Part shown: positions 18,563-26,887 of the stretch, in pieces
Layout: each line of letters begins with the position of its first letter
How positions within the stretch are numbered: position 1 is the stretch's first letter
IMG/VR virus record: IMGVR_UViG_3300029068_000004
Length of the DNA stretch: 28,003 nt
DNA from: a virus
Taxonomy: Duplodnaviria > Heunggongvirae > Uroviricota > Caudoviricetes
Reading direction: 5' to 3' (one strand)
Made by a program: the position numbers and the translations under genes
The notes under the pieces: model-generated
Seen by the model: the letters and a program-made list of their open reading frames with translations, nothing else
What the model was told of the DNA's origin: nothing
Databases searched by the model: none

Positions 18563-19870
18563 TTAAATCCGAAGTGATGTGACTCTTCCGATCGGTTTGA
18601 CAATAGGGAATTGCTTAACGATGAAATAACCTCCGGCATCATTCGGGTGATCATTGCCAGATTTTTTATCAGGCTCCCCCTTCTCATCCCAGACCTGTTG
18701 CTCCAGAGATTCGGCATATAACGGGCAACGCTTCACATTAACTTTATAGCGACGCTCACCATTGGCATTGCAGAACATTGCATTCATTGAGTTAACGCGA
18801 TCTTTTACTGGCGGGTTCGAGCTGTTCACCACAACGTTAAAACCAGCCTGCTTAAGCTGGGCTATATCCGTCGTACTTGCGTTACTTGATTTTCTGGAAT
18901 CCCCGGAAGCATCTGGATAAATATAAATTTCCCTCACTTTCCGGTAATCATTCCCATCATACAGCCAGAAGCGTTCTTTAATGATGCGGATCATATCCGG
19001 CGTATCGTAGGCATTGATGATTTCAGTTACCGCACATGGAAGCCCCAAACGCAGCACATGGACGATTCCCGCCATCTTTCCAACGTTAAAATCCATCCCA
19101 ATATAAATCGGCTCCCCTGGCTGCTCCACTTCTTCGCAATTATTCAGTTTCCGGTCAAACTGATGGTAAACAGTACCACTTGTCAGGTTAGTAAACTGTC
19201 CTCGAAGATAGGCTTTAATCAGCTCTGGAGGGTATGATTCAAGAAGCGAAGGAATGTAATCTGCTGGCAGGTTCTTTTCATTATCGAAAGTAGATGCCTG
19301 CACCAGACCATACAGTGAGGCCAGCTCTGTTTTTTCACGCACGGCTTTAACAAACTGCTCGTAGACAAATTTGAATCCTTCCGGCGTGGTTGTAACGTCA
19401 ATACCGTTGCGAAGTCCATCAATCTTATAACGCATACGTGCAATTATCTTGCGCCACGCCGTTCTGGCTTTTTCCTTCGGCAAAATGTCCAGTTCATCCA
19501 CCAACGCATTACCAATTTTGAAACCGACGATCGTTTGTGGCTTCTCCATCGATCTGCAGATAGTGGTTCCCCGATACTGGCGTCCGTAATAAAAGTGAAC
19601 CTCTTTATTTCCCTCATTAATTTTTACGTTCAATCCCCAGTCAGCAGCAACTTCTTCCACTGTAGGGTAAAAAATATCGCGAATTTGGGGATACGTTGGC
19701 GCAAAATATCCCTGATTTATACCTGGATGCTCCCAAATCCCCTTGCATATGCCGCCACACCCAACCCATGTTTTGCCCGAGCCAAAACCAGCAATATAGG
19801 CTTTAAATTTATGGGGCATTGAAAGAAATCGCGCCTGAGGCACATTAAGCGTCGGAGAGATCATCTTCAT
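18563..19870 (-). CDS. Terminase large subunit
   Basis: Walker A P-loop AGFGSGKT near the N-terminus, acidic motifs, size about 435 aa; probable ATG at 19870 (the track start at 19873 is GTG). Confidence 0.9.
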   Translation of the reverse strand: MKMISPTLNVPQARFLSMPHKFKAYIAGFGSGKTWVGCGGICKGIWEHPGINQGYFAPTYPQIRDIFYPTVEEVAADWGLNVKINEGNKEVHFYYGRQYRGTTICRSMEKPQTIVGFKIGNALVDELDILPKEKARTAWRKIIARMRYKIDGLRNGIDVTTTPEGFKFVYEQFVKAVREKTELASLYGLVQASTFDNEKNLPADYIPSLLESYPPELIKAYLRGQFTNLTSGTVYHQFDRKLNNCEEVEQPGEPIYIGMDFNVGKMAGIVHVLRLGLPCAVTEIINAYDTPDMIRIIKERFWLYDGNDYRKVREIYIYPDASGDSRKSSNASTTDIAQLKQAGFNVVVNSSNPPVKDRVNSMNAMFCNANGERRYKVNVKRCPLYAESLEQQVWDEKGEPDKKSGNDHPNDAGGYFIVKQFPIVKPIGRVTSLRI

Positions 19871-20939
19871 CACTCCTTACTCTGGCATCAACCACATTAA
19901 TATTGATCGCCACAGGCTGGGGATGTTCATTATCCTCCACCGTTTCGATCTCTTTGCGCAGCTTCTGGTTTTCTATTCTGCGCCGTTCAATTTCCAGTTC
20001 CTGTAGCCGCTTATCTGCACATAATGCCCCGCCAGCAGAAAGCAAACGCAACAATTCACGCCGGGCGGCAGCCTTATCCTCCAGCAGGATCTCAACACCG
20101 TATTTTCCGAGCTTTGACCCTGCATATAATTGCCGCGCATCCCCATCAAGCAGTGTGGTATCAGCCATATAAAGCTGTCCCGTTCCCTCACCGCAGCACT
20201 TCGGGCAATCCGGATTGGGTATGGCGTTATCAACAAAGCCGAGGCCTCCATATTCCGGCTCGGATTTACCATCTCTGGAGGCCTGTGCCGCAGCCTTATC
20301 GAATTCTGCAATATCACGCCACTGGTAGAGATGATTCTCGCCCCAGCAATAACGGCAGTTAACACGGCGAAATTGTGCCAACTGATTGGGGTCGGCCTGG
20401 ACAATGGCCATCAACTGGCTCACCAGTAAATCCAGGTCTGCGGTATAGCGTTTCTGGTACTGATTGCGGAAGTAGCTGATAGCACGATAAACCCTGGCAT
20501 TTCTAAGCATACGACTGGCGTTGCTGTTAGCTGTCGCACCTTGCCCCTCATAACCGGCTAGTCGGTACGCCTCTGTCGGCTTTTTACCCTGAGCAACAAG
20601 CATCGCAAACTTAGCCTGCTGGTCAGAAATGCCGAATTCATCGGGACAGAACGAAAATTCCTCCGCGTCGCCCTCATTCAGGCCCGCATCGAATACTGGC
20701 TTTTTTTCCTGAGATTTTTCGTTCCGCTTTTGTGCAGTCTGCGCAGATTTTTTCTGCGCACTTTTTTGCGCAGTTTTGCGCATTTCTGTCTGCGCATTTT
20801 TCGGAGGTTTTTTGATGTAACGACGGGCTGTTGCGTAATTCAGTCCCCTTGCTTCACACCATGCCACCGGAGATATACCGGAGCGGGTGTATTCAGCAAT
20901 ATACTCCTGCTGCAACGCCCCCCAGTCCGGTCTGCTCAT
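19845..20939 (-). CDS. Terminase small subunit (Terminase_2-like core with N-terminal HTH and C-terminal Cys-rich region)
   Basis: Residues around ...AKFAMLVAQGKKPTEAYRLAGYEGQGATANSNASRMLRNARV... fit the small-terminase pattern from memory; N-terminal HTH-like segment; CRYCW...CPKCC cysteine cluster; directly upstream of the large terminase. Confidence 0.7.
   Translation of the reverse strand: MSRPDWGALQQEYIAEYTRSGISPVAWCEARGLNYATARRYIKKPPKNAQTEMRKTAQKSAQKKSAQTAQKRNEKSQEKKPVFDAGLNEGDAEEFSFCPDEFGISDQQAKFAMLVAQGKKPTEAYRLAGYEGQGATANSNASRMLRNARVYRAISYFRNQYQKRYTADLDLLVSQLMAIVQADPNQLAQFRRVNCRYCWGENHLYQWRDIAEFDKAAAQASRDGKSEPEYGGLGFVDNAIPNPDCPKCCGEGTGQLYMADTTLLDGDARQLYAGSKLGKYGVEILLEDKAAARRELLRLLSAGGALCADKRLQELEIERRRIENQKLRKEIETVEDNEHPQPVAININVVDARVRSDEDDLSDA
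20731..20796. repeat. Array of palindromic TGCGCA hexamers (5 perfect + 1 TGTGCA) with T/A tracts, inside the 5' part of the small terminase gene
   Basis: TGTGCA at 20731; TGCGCA at 20740, 20755, 20767, 20777 and 20791; spacing 10-15 bp. Encodes the low-complexity peptide ...KTAQKSAQKKSAQTAQK... Confidence 0.8.
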
Positions 20940-20942
20940 CAG

Positions 20943-21194
20943 TTAGTCCTGATTTTTATCCACCCTGAGTAGTTCGCGCAGAGCAAAGGCATCCCCTTTT
21001 CTGGCAAGCTTAAACAATGCCGCTCGTAACTCGGCTTCACCTTTCGCTCTGCCCTTACGGATGGCCGCATAAAAATCTGTCATTGCTTCCCGATTTTCTT
21101 TCAGTCGGTTCAGATCAACATCCAGAACGTCAGCGATTTGTTGTGCAGTCATCCGGCACGCTGCCAGAGACTCGACTTTCGAATACGGAATCAT
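20943..21194 (-). CDS. Small HTH DNA-binding protein (function unknown)
   Basis: 83-aa ORF with an HTH-like segment MTAQQIADVLDVDLNRLKEN; its stop lies 3 nt upstream of the small terminase ATG. Confidence 0.45.
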   Translation of the reverse strand: MIPYSKVESLAACRMTAQQIADVLDVDLNRLKENREAMTDFYAAIRKGRAKGEAELRAALFKLARKGDAFALRELLRVDKNQD

Positions 21195-22062
21195 TTGTCA
21201 CCCCTATTGATATGCAGGGTGTCTTCTTCCTGTATTTTTCGTGAAGGATTTTTACTGCAGCGTTGTTCCAGGTGACCTGATGGTGAATGCGTTTATGGCT
21301 GGCACCCATCAGTGAGATTTTTACGCACGACGGCGCATACATGACGGAGTAAAAACTTTTAACGTAGGTTCCGGAATCCAGATACAGCTCGGTCATTCCG
21401 CCGCTGTTTTTCTGCGTCTGTTTCTGCCCTAACTGGACAGCACCGATCGTCATAAACAATTCACCACAGCGACCGAGATTCGTGTACGTATTCACATCCT
21501 CGTTAATGCGCCCCATGAATGAGAACGGTCGATCAACCGAACAGATAAAGCTGTTCATTGCCTTGCGTTTCACCCACGAAGCATGGCCGCCATTGTCACC
21601 AAGAAAATCCCCTCCCTGCGACATAGCGATGGAAAGAGCAGGTATTGATTCGTAGTACGCCAGCATTTCAGAAAGGATCGCATCCAGTTTCCTTATCGGA
21701 AAATAGGCCTGGTCATAGTTGCGATCCACCCGAAACTGGAACTCGTGATAATCATCATCGAGCTGAATGAAGTATTTACACCCGACCAGTTTTGCCTGGT
21801 CGAAACAGGCATTACGGGCGTAAAAAATTGAGCGGCGGTCACAGAAATTATCGGCTTCGTCAAAACGACTGGCGATATCGGCTTTGGAAAACACCAGCAC
21901 CTGTTCACCAAATTCAGCCATGTACTGATGCCGTGTCTTATCTTCATCATCAACAACGATAAAAATTTTCCCGGTATAGCCAGCACGACGCAACGTCCGG
22001 TAAGTCAGAACTTTGTCCGGTCGCCCGTGAGTCAGAATAAAGGCGCAAAAATCATCACGCAT
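21130..22062 (-). CDS. Hypothetical enzyme with GT-A (family-2-like) glycosyltransferase sequence pattern
   Basis: 310-aa ORF with ATG at 22062. Sequence pattern CAFILTHGRP ... KIFIVVDDED ... YARNACFDQAKLVGCKYFIQLDDDY resembles the GT-A N-terminal strand plus ARN...G.Y...LD.DD (DXD) signature; no C-terminal transmembrane segment. Confidence 0.4.
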   Translation of the reverse strand: MRDDFCAFILTHGRPDKVLTYRTLRRAGYTGKIFIVVDDEDKTRHQYMAEFGEQVLVFSKADIASRFDEADNFCDRRSIFYARNACFDQAKLVGCKYFIQLDDDYHEFQFRVDRNYDQAYFPIRKLDAILSEMLAYYESIPALSIAMSQGGDFLGDNGGHASWVKRKAMNSFICSVDRPFSFMGRINEDVNTYTNLGRCGELFMTIGAVQLGQKQTQKNSGGMTELYLDSGTYVKSFYSVMYAPSCVKISLMGASHKRIHHQVTWNNAAVKILHEKYRKKTPCISIGVTNDSVFESRVSGSVPDDCTTNR

Positions 22063-22846
22063 ATTCCTCCTCCTCACCACCATGCATGATCTCCACCATG
22101 CGCTGCGTCATCCGGACAAATCCATTTTCAATAGCCTGCTGATAATCAATGATCACCAGCGCCGACTCCTCGAAAAAACACTGAATTTCAGCGGGGGCGT
22201 GAGCGTAATAGTCCGCAATTCTGCTGAAATTAAACACCGTGTGACGTTCTGCCGCACACAGGAGGAATTTCTCAATATCAGGCTCAAGGGACGCCGAACG
22301 TATCCGGCTGATCAGCTCCTGAGTTTTCGTATCGTCGTACAGTTCACTGATATCCGGTTTACCGCCCGACGGCTCATAAACAGGCGTATCAATTTTCGTC
22401 GTATACGGCTCCTCCTCATTTCCTGTACCGGGCAAAACATCCGTCAACAGTTCATCAATTTCTGTCGGGATGAAGCCTGTCAGGGAGACATCAAAATCAG
22501 CATTGATTAGGTCCGACAGCTCCATCCGCAACAGATCTTCATCCCAGCCAGCATTCATCGGCAGGCGATTATCTGCCAGGCGGTACGCCTTTTTCTGCTC
22601 ATCCGTCAGGCCAGACAGAACAATGACCGGAACAGAATCCATTTTGAGCATTTCAGCCGCCATAACACGACCGTGACCCGCAATAATTTCGCCCTTTTCG
22701 TCAATCAGCACCGGATTAGTCCAGCCGAATTGCTTAATACTTTCTACCAGTTGTGCCACCTGCTCAGGGCTGTGCGTCCTGGCGTTGTGCGCATACGGTG
22801 ACAATTCTTGTAATGGGCGATAGACTATCTTTAATTTCTCGCTCAT
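22055..22846 (-). CDS. ParB-like (ParB/Srx N-terminal domain) protein with a C-terminal domain of unknown function
   Basis: N-terminus ...LSPYAHNARTHSPEQVAQLVESIKQFGWTNPVLIDEKGEIIAGHGRVMAAEMLKMDSVPVIVL matches the ParB N-domain pattern including GHxR. Ends with the acidic tail GGEEEEYA, whose codons (GAGGAGGAGGAA) form the Shine-Dalgarno for the downstream gene. Confidence 0.7.
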   Translation of the reverse strand: MSEKLKIVYRPLQELSPYAHNARTHSPEQVAQLVESIKQFGWTNPVLIDEKGEIIAGHGRVMAAEMLKMDSVPVIVLSGLTDEQKKAYRLADNRLPMNAGWDEDLLRMELSDLINADFDVSLTGFIPTEIDELLTDVLPGTGNEEEPYTTKIDTPVYEPSGGKPDISELYDDTKTQELISRIRSASLEPDIEKFLLCAAERHTVFNFSRIADYYAHAPAEIQCFFEESALVIIDYQQAIENGFVRMTQRMVEIMHGGEEEEYA

Positions 22847-22873
22847 ACAGCCTTGCTTTATGAATAAAACGCA

Positions 22874-22897
22874 CCCCAGCAGCCAGTGCTACTGGGG
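22874..22897 (-). terminator. Terminator-like hairpin between trkG and the ParB-like gene
   Basis: Minus strand CCCCAG-(12-nt loop)-CUGGGG followed by UGCGUUUUAUUC. Confidence 0.4.
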
Positions 22898-22983
22898 ACG
22901 GAGGTATTGCTGGTAAAGTTAGGTATTGGATCAATGAGTGAGTCAACATAATATTAAACTCACAATTATAAATCAGCCATATA

Positions 22984-24441
22984 TTAGGAGCGCCAAAAAA
23001 AACCTGAAAACAATATAATAACAGGATAAATTTCAAGGCGACCAAGAATCATAGCTATGCACATTAAACATTTTGCAATGTCATTAAGCACTCCGAATGA
23101 CGATGCAGTAGCCCCAAAACCTAATCCCATATTATTAATACATGCAGCCACTGTTGCAAATGATGTAAGAAAATCATATCCCATACCATTTAACACCAGT
23201 ATAAAAAACACCGTGAAGAGAGTATAAAGAAAAAAGAAACTCCATACAGACCTCATTACACGATCTGTAACTATCTTCCCTCCTACATTTACACTCAACA
23301 ACGCTCTGGGATGAGAAAGCTGATTTATCTCGTGTTTGCTTTGTTTGAAAAGTATAAGAAATCGAAGTGACTTAATTCCACCACAAGTTGAACCTATACA
23401 TCCCCCAAAGAAACTTGACAACAGCAAAAACACTATCGTGTGCGTGGGCCAACTTGCATAATCCTGCGTAGCTAAACCATTATCAGTGAGCATGGAGCTG
23501 GCAAGAAAAAACGAATGAATAAAACTTCCATGCAAGTCATACATACCTATATGCCAGACCTGGAAAGAGGTAACAATGATCACCCCTAAGGCTATTAACA
23601 GAAAGAAACGAAGTTCAATATCTCTGATTAAAGGTTTTATCGTTTTCCTGCTAATAACAATATACCAAAGAGTGAAGTTGAAAGCCGATAGCAGGGAAAA
23701 AGAACCAGCCACCAGCTCAACCAAATAGTTATTAAAATATCCGATACTCTCGCTATGAGTTGAGAAACCACCAAGCGAAACTGTGGAAATCCCGTGACAA
23801 ATAGCATCAAACAAAGGCATTCCTGCAAGTCTATAACAGACAATACAAGCAATACCTAATAAAGAATAAGTTATCCACAGTGTCCGTGACGTATCGGCCA
23901 GGCGGGGAGTGAGTTTGTCATCCTTAAATGGCCCCGGCATTTCTGACTGATAAAGCTTTGCACCACCAATACCCAATAATGGCAATACAGCAACCGCCAG
24001 AACAATAACTCCTAAACCACCTATAAAATTTAACTGTGACCGATAGTACAAATATGCCCGAGGTAATGAACTAACATCATCAATTACAGTTGCTCCTGTT
24101 GTTGTTATTCCAGAAACCCCTTCAAACAGAGCATCAATGAACGTTAAATTAAGTTCTGAGTCAATCCATAAAGGGAATGCACTAATAACAGAAAACAAAA
24201 TCCAAAACATTACAATTATAATAAACCCATCACGGGTACGTAATTGAATGCCAGATTTCTTAGTTGTATACCACGCTCCGCCACCAATGCAAAAAAATAT
24301 AACGAAAGTTATAAAGAAAACAAACAGGCTTTTTTCTTTATAAAACAATGCTACAACCATTGGTGGCAACATTGAAAGACTATAGAGCCAAACCAGGAAC
24401 CCACACATATGAGTAACAACTCTTACATGAGATGTATTCAT
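22984..24441 (-). CDS. trkG: TrkH/TrkG-family potassium uptake protein (moron)
   Basis: Polytopic membrane protein; from ATG 24441 it reads MNTSHVRVVTHMCGFLVWLYSL..., as E. coli Rac-prophage TrkG (485 aa) from memory. A TTG at 24459 with an AAGGTGG Shine-Dalgarno is an alternative start. Visibly AT-rich versus neighbours. Confidence 0.9.
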   Translation of the reverse strand: MNTSHVRVVTHMCGFLVWLYSLSMLPPMVVALFYKEKSLFVFFITFVIFFCIGGGAWYTTKKSGIQLRTRDGFIIIVMFWILFSVISAFPLWIDSELNLTFIDALFEGVSGITTTGATVIDDVSSLPRAYLYYRSQLNFIGGLGVIVLAVAVLPLLGIGGAKLYQSEMPGPFKDDKLTPRLADTSRTLWITYSLLGIACIVCYRLAGMPLFDAICHGISTVSLGGFSTHSESIGYFNNYLVELVAGSFSLLSAFNFTLWYIVISRKTIKPLIRDIELRFFLLIALGVIIVTSFQVWHIGMYDLHGSFIHSFFLASSMLTDNGLATQDYASWPTHTIVFLLLSSFFGGCIGSTCGGIKSLRFLILFKQSKHEINQLSHPRALLSVNVGGKIVTDRVMRSVWSFFFLYTLFTVFFILVLNGMGYDFLTSFATVAACINNMGLGFGATASSFGVLNDIAKCLMCIAMILGRLEIYPVIILFSGFFWRS

Positions 24442-24578
24442 ATCTAAATATTCTTTCAATTATAACCACCTTGCTGCAATATTATGATTATACTGTATAA
24501 AATTTAACTCCTCTTAGATCTTACTTCACTGTTCCTTATGAAACAATCATCAAAATGAATCATATTGTAGTTAAGATT

Positions 24579-25043
24579 TTACTTTAAACACTGCTCGGTT
24601 ATGTATTGCTGAGCACCTTCAAGTTGGGCCTGCATCATTACCAGTCGTTCCCGGAGGGTGAAATAATCCCGTTCAGCGGTGTCTGCCAGTCGGGGGGAGG
24701 CTGCATTATCCACGCCGGAGGCGGTGGTGGCTTCACGCACTGACTGACAGACTGCTTTGATGTGCAACCGACGACGACCAGCGGCAACATCATCACGCAG
24801 AGCATCATTTTCAGCTTTCGCATCAGCTAACTCCTTCGTGTATTTTGCATCGAGCGCAGCAACATCACGCTGACGCATCTGCATGTCAGTAATTGCCGCG
24901 TTCGCCAGCTTCAGTTCTCTGGCATTTTTGTCGCGCTGTTCTTTGTAGGCGATGGCGTTATCACGGTAATGATTAACACCCCATGACAGGCAGACGACGA
25001 TGCAGATAACCAGAGCGGAGATAATCGCGGTTACTCTGCTCAT
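24579..25043 (-). CDS. Rz: Rz i-spanin
   Basis: 154 aa with an N-terminal transmembrane segment and coiled-coil body; lambda-Rz-like sequence; start overlaps the R stop (ATGA). Confidence 0.9.
   Translation of the reverse strand: MSRVTAIISALVICIVVCLSWGVNHYRDNAIAYKEQRDKNARELKLANAAITDMQMRQRDVAALDAKYTKELADAKAENDALRDDVAAGRRRLHIKAVCQSVREATTASGVDNAASPRLADTAERDYFTLRERLVMMQAQLEGAQQYITEQCLK
24638..24823 (-). CDS. Rz1: Rz1 o-spanin lipoprotein, embedded in Rz in the +1 frame
   Basis: 61-aa [27 protein letters not shown]... with a lipobox (VVGC) and proline-rich segment; wholly inside Rz, as in lambda. Confidence 0.85.
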   Translation of the reverse strand: MRKLKMMLCVMMLPLVVVGCTSKQSVSQCVKPPPPPAWIMQPPPDWQTPLNGIISPSGNDW

Positions 25044-25516
25044 ACCTCAATCTCTCTGACCGTTCCGCCAGCTTCTTTGAATTTTGCAATCAGACTGTCA
25101 GCCTTATGCTCGAACTGACCATAACCAGCGCCCGGCAGTGAAGCCCATATATTGCTGCAACGGTCGATAGCCTGACGGATATCACCGCGATCAATCATCG
25201 GCAAAGCGCCACGCTCTTTAATCTGCTGCAGCGCTACAGCATCCTGACTTTCTGGAGAAAAATCTTTCAGGCCAAGTTGCTTGCGGTAGGCATCCCACCA
25301 GCGTGAAAGAAGCTGGTAACGTCCAGCGGCTGTTGATTTGAGTTTCGGATTTAGCGTGACAAGTTTGCGGGGGTGATCGGAGTAATCAGTGAACAGTTCG
25401 CCACCGACAATAACATCATAACCGTGATTTCTGGTTTTCTGCCGTCCGTTATCTGTTCCTTCTGACCATGCCACCATATCAAGGAAAGCTTTACGCTGGG
25501 AATTAAGTGTCTGCAT
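25040..25516 (-). CDS. R: Endolysin (lambda R-type lytic transglycosylase)
   Basis: 158 aa; sequence ...[33 protein letters not shown]... is near-identical to lambda R from memory. Confidence 0.95.
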   Translation of the reverse strand: MQTLNSQRKAFLDMVAWSEGTDNGRQKTRNHGYDVIVGGELFTDYSDHPRKLVTLNPKLKSTAAGRYQLLSRWWDAYRKQLGLKDFSPESQDAVALQQIKERGALPMIDRGDIRQAIDRCSNIWASLPGAGYGQFEHKADSLIAKFKEAGGTVREIEV

Positions 25517-25519
25517 TAA

Positions 25520-25861
25520 TTACTCCTTATGGGCACCGAACTTGTTACCGATGACCCTCATTGCCGCACCACGAATAGCATCAACACCAATCAGCCCCAC
25601 CCCACCACCAATGGCAACAGAAAGTGATTTAGGCCATCCGACATACTCAAGCGCGGATGCAAAGGTCAGCGTCAGAGCACCACAAAGCAGAATCTCAAGC
25701 GTTTTTCGTTTCCAGCCGCCGCCACCGCCAAAATAGGCAATGCGCAAACCAGCCATAATAATTGACATAACCACTGCACCCAGCGGCGTATCTCCACGCC
25801 ACCAACTTTGTAAGAGTTCCAGTAAGTCAGGCCAGGAATGAGGGGCATTGTGCATTTTCAT
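25520..25861 (-). CDS. Holin (three predicted transmembrane segments) with M-K-M dual-start motif
   Basis: Immediately upstream of the endolysin; ATG-AAA-ATG at 25861-25853 preceded by a GGAGGTG Shine-Dalgarno; three hydrophobic stretches; not lambda S in sequence. Confidence 0.65.
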   Translation of the reverse strand: MKMHNAPHSWPDLLELLQSWWRGDTPLGAVVMSIIMAGLRIAYFGGGGGWKRKTLEILLCGALTLTFASALEYVGWPKSLSVAIGGGVGLIGVDAIRGAAMRVIGNKFGAHKE

Positions 25862-25956
25862 AAGCCTCACCTCCGAGAGTTCGGATGGTGCTAAGTGTAA
25901 GATTCAGGCTCTCAGGCTTGCTAACAAGAAGTCGAGGATGTTTCCGGAGCCTAACA

Positions 25957-25984
25957 ACGAAAAAGCCCCGGGACATGCCGGGGT
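25957..25984 (-). terminator. Rho-independent terminator-like hairpin upstream of the holin gene, downstream of the moron
   Basis: Minus strand CCCCGG-CAUGUC-CCGGGG followed by CUUUUUCGUUGUU. Confidence 0.55.
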
Positions 25985-26078
25985 CAGATGGAGTGCCAGA
26001 TTAAGCTTCTGGCGGTATATACTCGTGTTTGATATCGTTAAATCGCCAAAAGTAACAATTCAAACAAAGAGGATTTTT

Positions 26079-26240
26079 ATGTCTGAAAAAAACAAGCCAC
26101 AAGATGAAAATAAACCTCAGCAACCCGTGGCACCAAAACCAACTCCAACACAAAGTACTACAGACTTTGCTACACGTCGTGTTTTTGTTGGAGATTCTGC
26201 CGACTCAGTCATTGAACATATAAAAAAACAGCCGAGATAA
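26079..26240 (+). CDS. Small hypothetical protein (53 aa), convergent with and overlapping the 3' end of the membrane-protein gene
   Basis: Plus-strand ATG at 26079 with an AAGAGGA Shine-Dalgarno 5 nt upstream; MSEKNKPQDENKPQQPVAPKPTPTQSTTDFATRRVFVGDSADSVIEHIKKQPR; hydrophilic and proline-rich. Confidence 0.35.
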   Translation: MSEKNKPQDENKPQQPVAPKPTPTQSTTDFATRRVFVGDSADSVIEHIKKQPR

Positions 26241-26778
26241 ACATCGCCGCTACCGGAGCAAGGATGGTATACATCCTTGCTTTATCGAGACTCGTGCGGA
26301 TTTTCTCATTTTCCAACAGTAACTCTCTTGCTGTATCACTCAAGTCAACAAGGCGATACCTTCGTATAAGCGGCAATAACTTATCAGGTCCTAAATATCC
26401 TGCATCAGCGAATATTTTAAAGCTCGAGGGCTCCATATCCTTATATTTTTCATGATATAGATGATCAGGAGGGGCATTGATCAGGCCCCTAACCTTCACA
26501 GATAAACCAGTACATATCAAGTAAATGGCGCACCATGTCCATAGTAATGTAAATGTGGTAATTCCGGCGGTGAGAAAATCGAAATTAGTTTTCTGTGTCA
26601 GCAATAAAAAAGATGAACCAATTCCAACAATCTGAATGTTCAGAAGTTTGTATCCATTCTCAACATTGGTTTTGTTAGAAAGATGAATCTCTCGTATCGT
26701 CTCTTCCCCTTGTTTTTCAAGATAATCGACGAGCTCATCATCTACTCCTAAAAAATAATCTTTAGGTAGTTCTCTCAT
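26209..26778 (-). CDS. Hypothetical membrane protein (189 aa, about three predicted transmembrane segments), moron
   Basis: ATG at 26778 with a GGAGGTG Shine-Dalgarno; hydrophobic segments IQIVGIGSSFLLL, AGITTFTLLWTWCAIYLICTGL and YTILAPVAAMFISAVFLYV; AT-rich; I recognise no family. Confidence 0.6.
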   Translation of the reverse strand: MRELPKDYFLGVDDELVDYLEKQGEETIREIHLSNKTNVENGYKLLNIQIVGIGSSFLLLTQKTNFDFLTAGITTFTLLWTWCAIYLICTGLSVKVRGLINAPPDHLYHEKYKDMEPSSFKIFADAGYLGPDKLLPLIRRYRLVDLSDTARELLLENEKIRTSLDKARMYTILAPVAAMFISAVFLYVQ

Positions 26779-26806
26779 CTCACCTCCACATCCTGTACTG
26801 AAAACA

Positions 26807-26815
26807 ATTTTACCA
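26807..26815 (-). promoter_or_regulatory. Candidate extended -10 promoter (TGGTAAAAT) for the moron gene
   Basis: Minus strand TGGTAAAAT about 30 nt upstream of the ATG at 26778; no good -35, as is usual for extended -10 promoters. Confidence 0.3.
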
Positions 26816-26887
26816 GAATGTCTCGATTCTAGGTATTCCGCCAGGAATCTCGTTCCAGAAATGAAACATCAGGTTCGCCAGTACCAG

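Noticed and set aside
19973-20404. 143-aa minus-strand ORF plus plus-strand ORFs across 19903..20429
   Set aside because: Overlap the small terminase gene in other frames or antisense; the terminase frame has the family motif and synteny support.
20731-20796. Possible CRISPR-like array, considered for the TGCGCA repeats
   Set aside because: Repeat unit is only 6 bp with 4-9 bp spacers and lies inside a coding region; not a CRISPR architecture.
23637-23852. 71-aa minus-strand ORF
   Set aside because: Internal alternative frame within trkG.
25848-26240. 130-aa plus-strand ORF as listed in the track
   Set aside because: The long form starts at a non-ATG codon and runs antisense across the holin start and terminator; only the internal ATG at 26079 with a Shine-Dalgarno is retained, as a low-confidence 53-aa ORF.
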